A DNA stretch of 64,000 bases from Octopus sinensis. Lineage: Eukaryota. The notes beneath the pieces are model-generated. The model was not told the origin of the DNA. It made no database searches and saw nothing but the letters and a program-made list of their open reading frames with translations. The stretch covers positions 37,634,001 through 37,698,000 of the forward strand of contig NC_043007.1 of the NCBI RefSeq assembly GCF_006345805.1, written 5' to 3'. Both the position numbers and the translations under genes were made by a program. Below are positions 1 to 13,974 of this stretch, in pieces (the first letter of the stretch is position 1; each line of letters opens with the position of its first letter).

Positions 1-163
1 AGAGACGTTGGTGATGGGGCATCGCGGCTTTTCTCCAATAGCTTATTCTTCCATTCCAACCAAAGGCTCGGTTCCGAATGGAATCTTTTAAACAGTAACA
101 GTTCGTAACCATGGAATATGTGAGCCATGGTGAACCCAGCACAGCGGCCAAGGCTGGCATGCT
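1..163 (-). CDS. Probable exon of an unidentified gene continuing beyond the left edge (possible start MAHIFHGYELLLFKRFHSEPSLWLEWKNKLLEKSRDAPSPTS...)
   Basis: Minus strand has a polypyrimidine acceptor (ctctttcccccag|) at 164-165 and a strong Kozak ATG (accATGg) at 128 opening a frame to the window edge. A second frame (MPALAAVLG...) is also open. Candidate upstream donor aag|gtaagc at 827. Product not recognised. Confidence 0.35.
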
Positions 164-1754
164 CTGGGGGAAAGAGATAGACTTAAATTTTTCTTCTTTT
201 ATGCCTTTCCTTGTATGATATTCTGCTTTGGTTTGGGTCTTACAGTGAAAAGTTTCAAATCTGTTGACAGAATATATATATATAAATATATATATAATAT
301 ATAAATATATATATATATTTATATATATATATATATATATGCGCGCGTGTATGTGACTCTTCTATAACTAGTGATATTGCTTTCCTTCCCTGTTACATCT
401 CTTCATTCATCAAAGAAAACTGGCTTGCAGCTAGCTAACTAGCTTTGCTGACTGCTCTCTCTCTCTCTCTCCTTCGCTCGCTCTGTCTCTCTCCCTAATA
501 TATGACGATGTTGACGAGACGGACGTCAAAAACACAACACTCACAGAACACACCACCACCAATTTAGTTACGAATTATTGTCAATCAAATTAATTAATTA
601 TTACTATGTTGTTATTATTATTATTAATCCTTGTAATTATTGCTCCTGTAAAAATCTGCGCTTGGTTACCATTCCCAGCGACCGCCACACCACACGATTG
701 CCCGTCGTCGTCGATGACGGCTGCGGCGGTTTGCGTACATGTCTGACAAAACAATCCAAGCTGGGATGGTCGCCATCATCGCTGCACGTCTCCCTCACTC
801 TTTTTGTCAGTCTCTTATTCGCTTACCTTGTATCTTTTTTCTCTCTCTCTCTCACACATACACTCTCTCCCTCTCTCTCATTCATTTATTCTTTCTTTCT
901 TCTTTAAATTTTATATATGTATATATACATATATATACATATATAAAACTTGTGCAAACATTATCTCCCCTGGTAAGTGGGTTGTTCTCCGATAGATGAG
1001 GCGCACTTCCTAGGCTAAAACACAAAGCACTCGCAGGGAAAAGAAAAGGAATGGATGATGAGAGAGAGGGAGATATAAAAAGGCACTTTTCCTCCCTTTA
1101 TCTTTCTCTTTCTATCTATTTACCTACTTTTATTTTCTCTCTAGTACTTGACTAAATCAGTCTTCGCTCACTCCTCTTACTCTCCCTCACTTAATCCTTC
1201 TCATACATTCACCCTCTCTCTCTCTCTCTCTCTATCTACTTATTTCTCTCCTTTGCTTCTCATTATACCTTTGTATTTCTTTATTTCTCTACTTTCTCCC
1301 ACTACATGCACCCTTAGAAAATAGAAGATAATAATCCCTGATGAAAAATGTTTTATTTTTAGATTGCAAGACAAAATTATTACATATTTACGTACAAAAT
1401 AAATAAATACATATACATGTAAGAAAGTAGAGATAGAGATGAATGTAGGAAAGAAAGAGAGAGGGGGGTGTCTAAATGTGTGTGTTTGTTTCCATAAAGC
1501 ATGTGATTCTTTTAACATAAAAACAAACATATGTATAATAATGTATGCATACGTGTATGTATCTATGTGTATATATGTGTGTGTGTGTATGTATGTATTC
1601 ATATATGTGTATATACATATGCCTGTGCATATATGCATTATATACATATAAATATATATAATTAAATGCACATAAGTATATGTGTGTGTGTATATATATA
1701 TATATATAATATATATATGTAAGTGAACATTATATATATGTTCACATATATATA

Positions 1755-1785
<31 letters not shown>

Positions 1786-1808
1786 GCTTACACATACATA
1801 AGATTGTA

Positions 1809-1839
<31 letters not shown>

Positions 1840-3039
1840 GTGTGTGTGTATGCACGTTTGCATGAAATATGTGTAGTTAACCAAAATATTTAACTTCGTA
1901 CGCCGAAACAATTCTTAGAAATATCAGTAAAATAGGAATATACATTAGGGGTTTATTAATTTTGTTTCTTGAAAGGAAAAAAATAATGATAATCCAGCTT
2001 TTATTTCTTGGTATATAACAATAATTTGTTAAAGACTATGTTTTCGTAAAGAAAAGAGAAGAAAAAAAACTGGATCATATGACATTCATGACATTCCGAA
2101 AGGCATTGGAACAAGGTGGCAGAGTATAGAATATAAAGAGAATTGAAAGGGCTCAGGGTGAGGATTGAAACGAGGATAGGCATCTCGGATTATATGCATT
2201 GGCTCTCTCTGCACTACAGTGCTCGTCACATCATAATATTCAATATTCTGAACAAGCGTGTGACGGGTAGAACTTCACAGCTATAATTATTTAGATTTCT
2301 CATAGGCACGTACACGTGCACCTGAGTGTGTATGTTTATTTGGTTGTGTAAGATGTATGTGAGTGTGTTTGTAAGCGTGCACGTATTAACATTTATGGCG
2401 AGCGATAGAGGAAGTCAAGTTAGCGAACGGGTTTCGATCCTCGGTTGGAGCCAATACACTTCTCAAATATGGAAAATCCTCTGTCTCATCCCTCATCTTC
2501 TCGATAAATTTGCACGCCTCTGCGAGGTTGCTTAACCTGCTAGATAAAGCAGTCATATATCTCTGTCTTATAACATACTCCACGTCTTAAACAAAGGACA
2601 CATTAGATAATGTGGTCCCACAATTCCCTAAATAAAAGGCGATAGGATCATAGCTGGAATGCCTTTGATCAGAGTTCTGCTCGATCACGGTTGCCCTATA
2701 TCAGTCGATCAATTTTTGCAAAAGGCGACCCAGGGTAATTCCCCTCAGATACATCAAATTTATGTCTATTTATCCTTTTTTTCTATATATTTATGTATAG
2801 CCAGTATTTGGTTAGATAGATATTGTATGTCTCTTTTTAATATTTGGAAGGGTGAGGCTGGTTTATTTCTAACAAAACAGAGTTCTGTATGCGTGCGCGT
2901 GTGTGTGTGTCTGCGCGCGTGCGTACATGAGTGTGTGCGTGATTGCGTGTGTATGTGTGGTGCCCCAGCATAGCCGCAATCCAATAACTGAAACAAGTAA
3001 AAAGAAAAGAAACTATACGTGTGTAGCTAGCTAGCGAGA

Positions 3040-3300
<261 letters not shown>

Positions 3301-3929
3301 GTTGCTTCGGTCGGTCGGGGTGTGAGCAAGCGAGCGTTTGTCTGCTGCTACTATTTTATAGGGCACAGTAACAGAACAAGGTACGCTTGGTTGGCTGATT
3401 GGTGGGCTAGTGTAGGGCTCGTGATTGATGGGAATCGATGATTGGCTGAAAATCTGAACCTTTCGAATTTTGCTTCGATTGGTTCCGAGGAAACTTGCCA
3501 TAGTTTATGGTTTTATTTTTCTTTTATTTGTTGTTTCTTTGTCTCCTTGTTTCCACCTGAATTAATTTTTCAGTTTTTTTTTTGTTTTTTTTTCAAGCTA
3601 TTATTTAGATGCGATGGAATTTATGGACATTAAAGACTTAGAAATACAACTAGAAATTCGAATTATGTATAGATAAAAGTTTGGAGATAATAGGGGAAAG
3701 TATGGTGGCGAAAATAAAAAAATAAATAGATGGATAGATCGATAGATAGAACAGTCAGACGGGTATACTTAAATAAAATGCACACACACACACACACATA
3801 TATATGGATACTCACACACACACAAACGGACTGAGAGATAGATAATTGTGTGAATGTGTATAAATTAAATGTATTATATAACGCACGTGTATGTGTGTTT
3901 ATATAACATTTGCATCCGCTCACATGTAC

Positions 3930-4340
<411 letters not shown>

Positions 4341-5089
4341 ATACATGTGTGTGCACGTATTATGCTTACGATCTAAAAGCTGCTATAGTTTGTCACAGTA
4401 TCATCCTAAAACCTAGCAGTCCGACAAATAGATCTCGACAAAATAAACAATAAGCTAAATATATAAATAAATACTGGTACTGAGATCGATATGGTCGACT
4501 CAGTACTTGCCTTGAAGACGTTGAGCCCAGCATGGCCGCAGAAGAAGTGAGAGAGGAGGAGCAGCAGAGAAAGAAAGAGAGAGGAAGTGAGAGGCTGAGT
4601 GCATAAATGCGCGCGCTATTATCTGCGCGTGCGAGTGTGTTTGTGTGTATGTACATGTGTGCGTGCATGCGTGCGAGCGTGTTTGCGCGTGTATGTGTGT
4701 TTGTGTGTGTGTGTGTTGGATAGGAATGCTTTGAAAGAATGATGCAGGAGAACGGCATTTCTGCTGTCTGTTGAAAAAAAAAAAAAGAAAAGAAAATGTT
4801 ACAAATATATTTTATTATTTTAAACCCCTAAAAATGTCTGGCCTTGTGCCAATGTTTGAAATCATTATTCGAAACATTTTTTTTTAATAAAAACAAACAA
4901 ATAAATTATAGTCAGAAACTATAACACATTCCTGAAATCTTTAACTAAGTCAAGATGTCCAGATTTCTCAATTACTTGGTTGTTGGTATTTGTGGCATGT
5001 GATGTTATAGAGCGAATTGGTAAAACTGTATTACGCCTGCCTCTTCTCAAACTAGCAAATCAGTGGTTTCTATGCAGTGCTGTGCTCTG

Positions 5090-5214
5090 TGTGTGTGTGT
5101 GTGTGTGTGTGCGTGTGTGCGTGTTTGTGTGTGTTTGTGTGAGTGTGCGCACGCGTATGTGTGTCCGCACGCGTATGTGTGTGTGTGTGCATGCATGTCT
5201 ACATACACACACAC

Positions 5215-5245
<31 letters not shown>

Positions 5246-5389
5246 ATATCTATACATACATGTGTGCGTATGTATATGTGTATAATATATGTATATATAC
5301 TCATATATATATATGTATATATATTATATCTATGCATACATGTGTGCGTATGTATGTGTGTATATTATATATATATATATATATATACA

Positions 5390-5435
<46 letters not shown>

Positions 5436-6010
5436 TCATTTAAATGTATTTTATATCATACTACTAACACATATATATGAATGTGTGTGTGTATGTGTGT
5501 GTGCGCGCGTGTGTATGCGTGTGTTGGTAATTTCATGAGTGTTAAAACTCATAAAGCTGTTATCGACGATGTTAGTGCATGCATATATATACATATAGAT
5601 ACTTATACATGCATATATACATAGACACATACATTTCATGCACACAAATGTACACATACTCACATACATATATACATACATGCATACACACATACATATA
5701 TATACACACATTCATACATAAATACACACGGACACACACACACATACACACACATACATACATACATACACTACAAACACACATACATACATACACACAT
5801 ACATGCATACATACACACATACGTACATACATATAAGCATACATATATACATACACACACACACACATGCATACATGCATTCTTTCGTATACCTACATAC
5901 ACACACACATGCACACACATACATACATACATACATACATACCATACATACATACATACATACATACATACATACATACATACATACATACATACATACA
6001 TACATACATG
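5090..6010. repeat. Compound (TG)/(TA)/(TACA)n microsatellite field
   Basis: Low-complexity tandem repeats; source of many spurious ORFs. Confidence 0.9.
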
Positions 6011-6174
6011 CAATATTCTATTGAAACATGACTTCTACTTTAATGATTTTTTATGAAGATTTTTTTATTAAAACGATCCAACTTTTTTCTGTCCACAATG
6101 TAATACAATCAACTATATTTACTTATCACATCAAATCTAAATTGTTTATTAATAGGTATACCTTATATTCCAGC

Positions 6175-6735
6175 CACTAGCGTAGTTAATGGGAGACAGT
6201 AGGGGCGGTCCAGCCCGGGCGGCACTTTTAAAGGGACGGCACTTTTGGGTCTGCTGTAGGCAATATGTGCTTTTTGTGGGTGCTTGGGGCATTAAACGGA
6301 AAGGACACCCCGCGTACGAATTTTTTCCTACGAGAGTTCCGGACCCCAGTTAGGAACTCATTTGCATACAGCCAATCAGAGCTCAACTATCAAACTAATT
6401 TATGAGCGCATAACAAGTGATTGACGATAAGATAAGGTCATGTGGGTAAGAAATGACCATGTTTCTTTTCTCTTTTAATAATGCTTGTTGTCCTTGTTAG
6501 GCATAATCTGAGAGCTGAACGACACCTTTCCTTTCACACTTTTCAAACAATACTTCAACCGTCCGCCAGCACCAACGGGGTTTCTGCCACCAGTAACAAC
6601 CTTTGTTAACTTGACAACAAAGTCAAAGTGAGCTTTAATTGGCTGTATGCAAATGAGTTCATTACTGGGGTCCGGAACTCTCGTGGGGGAAAAAATTCGC
6701 GCCCCGGGCTGCAACACACTCTAGTTACGCTAGTG
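6175..6735. mobile_element. Non-autonomous DNA transposon (hAT-like MITE)
   Basis: Terminal inverted repeats cactagcgta.../...tacgctagtg, degenerate 8-bp flanks attccagc/atttcagg, and ~55-bp internal inverted repeats (6331-6386 / 6629-6683). Confidence 0.7.
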
Positions 6736-7469
6736 ATTTCAGGGTTAGACTACAATTTTCTAACAAATGACTTGATTTAAGACTTCTTGTTGAATCAACT
6801 GAAGTGCTCTTTTGACTATCACAAAAACTATCACAACTGAGCGACGAAGATTTTGGCACCTCAAGAAATAAATTTAATAGGGGATTTAACTGTTTATATG
6901 TGTTATTAGATGGTTAAAATAACTCTGTTATCTAATTGCTTCATTTCCAACATTACGTTCTCAAATCAAATCACTTCTTCGACAAGTACATCTTCGAAGT
7001 TTCGAAAGTGTCAGCCTGTTTACAAAATCACCGAAAGATGCACCAAGAAGGTAACTTTGCAGCAATTTCTCTTTATAAATCGTTGCATCTTACATTTCAA
7101 ATTACGAGAACTAAGCAAAGCAAAACAGAAATGCTGTGTACTGCATTATGAATTAATCTATATTGCTAGTGTATGCAGTTACGCGAATTAGACGGGACAG
7201 TTTAACTGAATCCAAGTTTGTATACAATAACCTACAGATATTTCTCTGGACAGAAGATGGGCGTTCTTTCTCTGAAGATGGTACAACATGGTTAAAAGGT
7301 CAATTCTGCAGATGGATTGACTGAACTGCTTGAGTAAGAAGTTGGAAGAAAAACCGCATAAGACATTGTTTCGAATGTTTTCGTCCTGAGTTCAAATCCC
7401 GACGAGGTCAATTTTGCCTTTTGGGTCGATAAATCAAATTACCAGAATATGAAAAAAACCTTACCTGCC

Positions 7470-9170
7470 CGGTTAAAGCAGGGCGGCGAGGTAGTCATCA
7501 CTATGTACTCGGCTAAAAGACGGATCCTTCTACATAATTCCACAAGTCAACAATGCTCAGACAGCGAACGAGGGCATGCAGAACGGTTTCGTCGCTCTAC
7601 GCTCATCTCGTACAAGTCCGTCAGACGGTTCATCCGACTTTGTAGAGTTTATCTCGAACCAGTAACGCCTCTTGATAGAACTGCCAGGCCAAGGACTTCT
7701 GGAAATTATCTATGATAGTCCCTCGCCTGAAAGAACTCCGGAACAAACTAGCCAATTCGTTATCATACTTCCCTGTCACTACTCTTCTACAGATTTCTAA
7801 AGTGGAACATCCATCGATCCCCGTTGCCCGACTCGTAAAAGGCGGTGAGCGCCTGGTGATACTGTAGGTGTCAGGCACCCAGTTTCAGTTTTTGCTTCAC
7901 CAAAGACCTGCTGCTCCGTCAAGGACACGAGCTTCAGAAAGACGTACGTACCTCACGAATGGTGCCGACACAGGTTCTTCGTCAAGGAAATGATGCAGGT
8001 GGTGCAACCTCATTGTGTGTCTGAGCATCAACAGCTACCGCATACCTAAGCTGCCTCTCTTGAGGGTACTGGCAACAGACTGACCACTTGACCAATGGAA
8101 CGCGTCCCTTCGACGGGAAACTGAATACAGACACTTCACCCTGATCAGATGGTAGCTTGGGCAAGGCACAACGATCAGGCGTCCTTTCAGTGACAGTTTC
8201 GTCTCTGCCAATTTGTTCATCCCATCATCTCAGTTCTTATCCACCTGGAGATCGGAACAGAACCAGACTCTAAGCTGTTTAACCGATCCCTCAGTTCAGC
8301 GTCTGATAACGCCGTCCGACAGTGTGGGGCTACATCTCCAAGTCCCTAGCTGCTAGTCTACCGATTTGTTGGTTTTAATCTTGGCACCAAACACCGATTT
8401 GTATTCCTTTAAAATGGTCCAACCGTCTCTACTTCGGAGGCGTGCAACACCATTACGATAACGTCGTCCGTGTACGTCGGCACTACCCTCCCGGGTCCTA
8501 GTTCGAATGGGATACCCCTCAGCTGTCCCAACCTCCGCAGCAGTGGTTCGAGAACCAGCACATACAGAAAAGGCAAGAGCAGGCAGTCCTAACGGACCAA
8601 GTGTGCAATGCGAAACGGTTCCGATTGGTAGCTATTTATTTTGACCATTAAGTAGCGACCGGGTTCAGAACGACTTCCAAGTAACGATGGTCAACCGTAT
8701 CGAATGCCTTCGACTGACCCAGATTGATCAAAGCCACACCGAAGCACAAAGCAGAAGTTGCTGTGAATATATCTGTTCGGGATTGCGCACGTTAGAGCTT
8801 CCTCACCCTGCTCACCAACGACAAGCACCAGTCTTTTCGCTAAAACTGGTCAGTCTTAAACTCTGTATTTAGCAGAGTTATAACCCGAAAATTATCTACG
8901 ACTTACCCGACGTCCTTCCTCAGCAGTACTGTCACAGCTGCAGGATTTCTTCCTTTCTACTGCCAGCTATCAAACAAATTTCGTGTTAACTTTAAAAAAA
9001 TTTGTAGCAGAGACTCTCCCAACCGGGTGATTTGTACAATCACTCATCGATTCCTGTATTTCAGTTGCTGATATCGGCTTTTCGGCTGATTGGTTGAGGG
9101 AGAAGTTTTGAAAGGTCTTTGCAAAGCATTTCCATTAGGCATTTTTCTAAAAATAAAATTTTTTTTATTT
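7470..9170 (-). mobile_element. Decayed L1/Tx1-clade LINE ORF2 (reverse transcriptase) fragment
   Basis: Minus-strand fragments read INLGQSKAFDTVDHRYLEVVL, PFLYVLVLEPLLRRL, TYTDDV (YADD equivalent) and KGRVPLVKWSVCCQ..RGSLGM, with many frameshifts. Confidence 0.8.
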
Positions 9171-9475
9171 ATTTAAAAAACCTAACATAGAGTGGAAAAC
9201 TTTCACCTTTAACTTTTTTTAGATCTGTCTATATTAAAAGTTTATCTTTGAGAGTTTTGGCGGATGAGCCTTCCCCATTAGTAGCTAAGCATTTGTTATT
9301 TAAAACTTCTTTGAATTAAATGTTGCTCTTTAAAACTACAGTAAAGCTGATGTGACTTTTCTTCTTGTGATTTTTCACTGTTGCTTTTATTAATCTTGTG
9401 ATTTGTTTTTCCTGTGATTGTGGTTGAAATAATGTTTGCGATTAACGTTAATTTTCACAGAACTTTATTGTTAGA

Positions 9476-9774
9476 CTAGCAGTATCGCCCGGCGTTGCTC
9501 GGGTTTGTAAGGGAAATAACTATAAAGCATTTTTAGAGAGTTATAGCCAAAAAACAGCAAAAAATGCATTAAAAATGGAAAAAAAATTATGGTAATTTTT
9601 TTTTTAAATCGTTGACTCATCGTAGACGCGCGCTAATACCCAGAAGGGCTCGATATGAATCACGACTATAAGATACCCGCTTTTGGTTAAACTGCACCGC
9701 AAAATGTGGAAGTAGTTAGGAATCTAAATCGTAGGAGACAGACACTCACACAACTTCACTTTTATATATATAGA
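9476..9774 (-). mobile_element. Non-autonomous Helitron
   Basis: Minus strand starts TCTATATATATAAAA and ends CTAG, has a subterminal GC hairpin (cccgagcaacgccggg), and is inserted at A|T without a TSD. Confidence 0.8.
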
Positions 9775-10037
9775 TATATCTCGCCTCAGCTTCGTCGCTT
9801 GGAGAGGTCCCTGGTCTCGGGCGGTTTGTAGTAGTCGAAGAGGAGAGTCTGTAATTGTGCATATTTGTGTTTTTTCCTGTGGTGAGTTGTAAGGGCATTG
9901 TTAGGAGCTTTTATTTCGAAGTGAGTTTGATATTGTAGTTTGGGGGATGTCTATTGCCGTTGTTCTTACTGCTGCCGCAACAGTAGATACTTCAGTAGTT
10001 GATTCAGTTTTCGTCGCTGCTGTTGTTTACTTTTCTA

Positions 10038-10482
10038 GGATCTTTTCTGTTTGAACGGCAGTTTTTTCTAGCGGTGTCATATGAAACTGTCACCCATAAT
10101 TATGACTCTAGTATCGATTTATTGCATTTCAATCTGTTTTAGGGTTAGGGTTAGTTAGGATTAGTTACGGTTAGGATTAGGGGTGGGGGGAAGGGTATTT
10201 TTTTTCTTCACAAATGTAAATAAACCCAATCTGTTTCTTAACCGAGGGACATATTCATACGGCACAAAATCTTTTTTTTACCTCAATAGACGTCATTGAT
10301 TGGTTGAAATTGCAGAAATTGAAGAAGAAAAAACAACAAATATCTTACAAACTATAGAATTTTCTCAATAAAGCCAAGAGAAAGAGATATTTTATAAACA
10401 CATTCTATCAGTATACGAAGTTTAAAATGTTTTAGTTACCTAGAAATGATGTTAAAAACTGCCGTTCAAACGGAAAAGATCC
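10038..10482. mobile_element. MITE with 8-bp TSD (Merlin-like), containing degenerate (TTAGGG/TTAGG) repeats
   Basis: TIR ggatcttttctgtttgaacggcagtttt / aaaactgccgttcaaacggaaaagatcc; perfect TSD cttttcta (10030-10037, 10483-10490); GG...CC termini. Confidence 0.8.
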
Positions 10483-10689
10483 CTTTTCTATTGCTTCTGC
10501 GGTGATTTTTGCTGTTGCCAGCTTTATTGTAGTTGGCCTTGATGCTGTTTTGTACGTGGCATTGGCAGGAACCTCAGTATTTTTCGTTCTACTTTTTGTT
10601 TCTGCGGTTGGTACTATTTATTATAAAAGTAGCTGTGGTTGGCGCTATTAGGTGAATGTAGCAAGGATGGCACGTATGAATAACGAAGC

Positions 10690-11010
10690 AAGCGGAAAGT
10701 GTAACCTCTCGAAAGAGCTGTTCTTCACTCCTGCTCCAGAGCGTCGGCTGCGGGGTCATTCCGAAAAGCTCTACCTGCGACGATTTCATCTCAATCGAAG
10801 GAGAGGAGCTTTCTCCGTCCGGGTTGCAGATCCGTGGAACAAGCTGCCAGACGAGATGGTGAAGATGCCGATGACCGCTTTGTTCAAAGCCTCCTTTGAC
10901 CTCAAGTGGCCTAAACTCTTTACATGAACACCACCCTGTACTTAACTCCATGTCCCCCTACATGGCCTTGCTATTTGCTTTTGAGCCAAATTAACTAACT
11001 AACTAACTAA
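10690..11010 (+). mobile_element. 3' end of a CR1/L2-group LINE with (TAAC)n tail
   Basis: LRGHSEKL..RRFHLNRRRGAFSVRVADPWNKLP is a typical ORF2 C-terminus, followed by a short UTR and taac repeats. Confidence 0.8.
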
Positions 11011-12084
11011 CACCTTGAGCATAATCCTATGAATCCGGAAAAATTTTAAACAGAGAGTTACTTACTTGCAAATAAATGTGTTAACATGTGACATTAATGA
11101 CCGAGGTTACCGTGGTCGTTTCCGTAGGCTTTTCCTTCCATGGATAAACCTTATCTGCTTCCCCCTTTACACTTTACATCATGACATTTCTGTGATACAC
11201 GATCCCTATTGATCGTTTTTTCTTTTCTTTATTTTTCCTTTCTACGATCCCTTTTGATCGAAAACCTACCCCACTTTTTTTTTTCTCCCCCAAAAGAAAA
11301 GCTCTACTTTGTAATTTGTCCCGTCTGTGTCCAGCCCTGTGTGGCTAATAAAGAAACATTACAAAAAGCAGCACCTGAGTTTTCTCTCTGCCACCGTAAT
11401 ATTCAGTTTTTGTCTAATTGGGAGTTCTACATAATCCAGAATTTTGTCTAGATTTTTTTAGCTTGGCTTGAATAATGACTTCCAGCTCAATTTCTGATCA
11501 CTTTTCCAATCGGAGGCGAGTCATCATTCTCTTCTCTCGTATTTGGACGATAACTTCTGAAACAAAACAAAACAAAATCACCCGTTTTGGTGACATAATG
11601 TCTCAAAGCAATCATTCTCACTTTTAAATGTTCCATATCAAATATTTACAAAGAACGAATCTAACCAGAATTCGACACACTTTCGTTTGGCATGTGTGAT
11701 GGGGGCGCTTGTAAATGTTATAGTTGCCAAACATATTGTTTACTGGGGGACTACCTTCTCCTAAAATATTTTTTATACTTTTGCTTGGCAAATTATGTGC
11801 ATGTGGACTAGTTTTATAGTTGTTGCTTTCGTTTACCGTATCTTTCGAAACGTTTTGAGCAATGCTGTTATTTTCTGTTATTCCCATTTACTCGGCCAAC
11901 GACGCTTGAACAGATTTGGTTGACGGAAACTGAAAGACGAGTGTCGTATGAGTGAGCGCGCGCGCACACACACACACGTATGTATGTATGTATGTATGTA
12001 TGTATGTATGTATGTATGTATGTATGTATGTAGTATGTATGTATGTATGTATGTATGTATGTATGTATGTATGTATGTACGTAA

Positions 12085-12365
12085 TGTCAGGTCACTTTCG
12101 AGTGCTACTGGTAACATGTAACCCAGTACAACCTGTTGCATGGTCGGGTCGTCGGCGACTAAACCGGCAACCTCACCAAGCTTAGGGTGTTTATTGGACA
12201 CCCTGCGGGATGAAAAACAAAACTTGTCAAAGGGCGGAGGAACTCTTGAGAGTCAACGGCCATCCAATAAATGTCTTAAGGCTGTATCATGCGCGGAGAC
12301 ATAGAAATAATCGGACTGAATACCCGATCGCGCGGTTAAACTATTGGGAGTGAAGGACTCCTAGA
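12085..12365 (+). repeat. Interspersed repeat; an inverted homolog lies at ~38070-38330
   Basis: Shared segment ggacaccctgcgggatgaaa...tcaaaggg(c/t)gga(g/a)gaact on opposite strands at the two loci. Confidence 0.55.
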
Positions 12366-12369
12366 AATG

Positions 12370-12994
12370 GATCCAATACAACGTTAAAAATTCAGCACAA
12401 TGGTTGGACTAAGACGAGCCGACAAAATACACTCCAAAAGATAAAATTCATCAAAAGAAGCTGATGGTATGTATTTGGTGGTTTGGCGCCGGGGTGATCC
12501 ATTATGATTTCATTAAACCTGGCTCATCAATCACGGCCGAAGTATACTGCAGCCAAACTGGACCAAATGATGCAGAAACTCACAAAAAAAAAACCTAGAT
12601 TAATCAACAGATCCACTCCTATTTTATTGAAAGACAACGCCAGGCCAAACATCGCAAAAATGACACTGGCGAAACTACAGGAGTTGGAAGTTCTCCATCA
12701 TCCACCATACTCGCCTGATCTTGCCCCCACTGACTACCACTTCTTCCAGAATTTGGATAACTTTTTGATAGGAAAAAAGTTAAATTCCGACGATACTGGA
12801 AAACAATATTTTATTGACTCTAGATTGCCAAGCTTTTACAGTTCCGGGCTGGACAAGCTATCACTGAAATGGCAAAAGTGTATTGACAATATGGGTGCAT
12901 ACTTTGATGAATAAAACTATTCTTTGTATTTATAAAACATAAGCAAACCTTTTTTTTTTTCTTTTTTACAAATTTCATACTTAACGACTTAATA
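12370..12994 (+). mobile_element. Mariner transposase remnant (3' half, D,D34D-type)
   Basis: ORF 12504-12914 contains DNARP and HPPYSPDLAPTDYHFF and ends KWQKCIDNMGAYFDE; upstream part frameshifted; TIR-like end acgacttaata. Confidence 0.9.
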
Positions 12995-13118
12995 ACAATG
13001 ACAGAAACGACAGTAATAATATGAAATGTAATAATATGAAATGAACTAGTGTGAATAGCTGTATTAATGATTATGACAATAACTACAACTGTAGTAGTAG
13101 TAGTATAGTAGTAGTAGT

Positions 13119-13157
<39 letters not shown>

Positions 13158-13974
13158 ATGATGATGATGAGAACGAGTATAATCATTTTGGAGCACTTGG
13201 GAGCGGGAACTCAGTGATGTTTATAATAGCTTTAGTACGGATTATAGTAATGTAAGTGTTGATGGATTGGTTAACGAACATAACAATTCTACTTATTATG
13301 ACTGTGTATCGTATAATGGTATGAGCTAAGTAACCTACAATATTCTCATCCCGACGTTAATTAGATTATGTAATTGTAAGAAGAACCTAAATGCCCGCTA
13401 GGAGATAAATGCTTGACCAAAATCATCGTATATAACTGTAATGTTAAAACTAATCTACATACTTTCATTTACACGGGTTCCACTTTTCTCCATTTTAAAA
13501 CCAAGATTACATAATCATCTTCATACATTTAGAAGAAGAGATAAAGCAAAAACAACACTATTCTCCGCGAAGGTCGGGGGTTAAAAAGGACAAAAATGTC
13601 GATTTTCACTTAACATGGAACATCGCTAGCCACGCTAACCTTATGCTACTGATAGATATGGTTGCAATTTCTGCTGTTTGGAATTGGTGGTAACCTTAAA
13701 GTGCACGGGTGATGTTATTAATAGATCGGATGAATTAAGGATCAAATGTCTGCTTTCTATCTGTAGAACTTCCATCTACATTAAACCAATTCTATATAGT
13801 CTTTCCCGATTGCAAGATACTTATCTATAACCCTACAATATAAACCTTAATTCATGGATTCTATTTACGTAACCTAGCATATCTTAATACTATTAATATA
13901 TATAATTAATCATATCTAAGCTCTTTTTATTTACGTTTAGTTCGAACGAAAGATGCCAATGACTAATTTTATAT

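Noticed and set aside
4505-4545. Possible minus-strand micro-exon ATGCTGGGCTCAACGTCTTCAAG with a GC donor (gcaagt)
   Set aside because: Overlaps a gcggccatgctgg SINE-tail remnant; no independent support.
13190-13960. Non-repetitive-looking segment considered as exon or snoRNA
   Set aside because: No ORF, convincing splice pair or box motifs could be supported.
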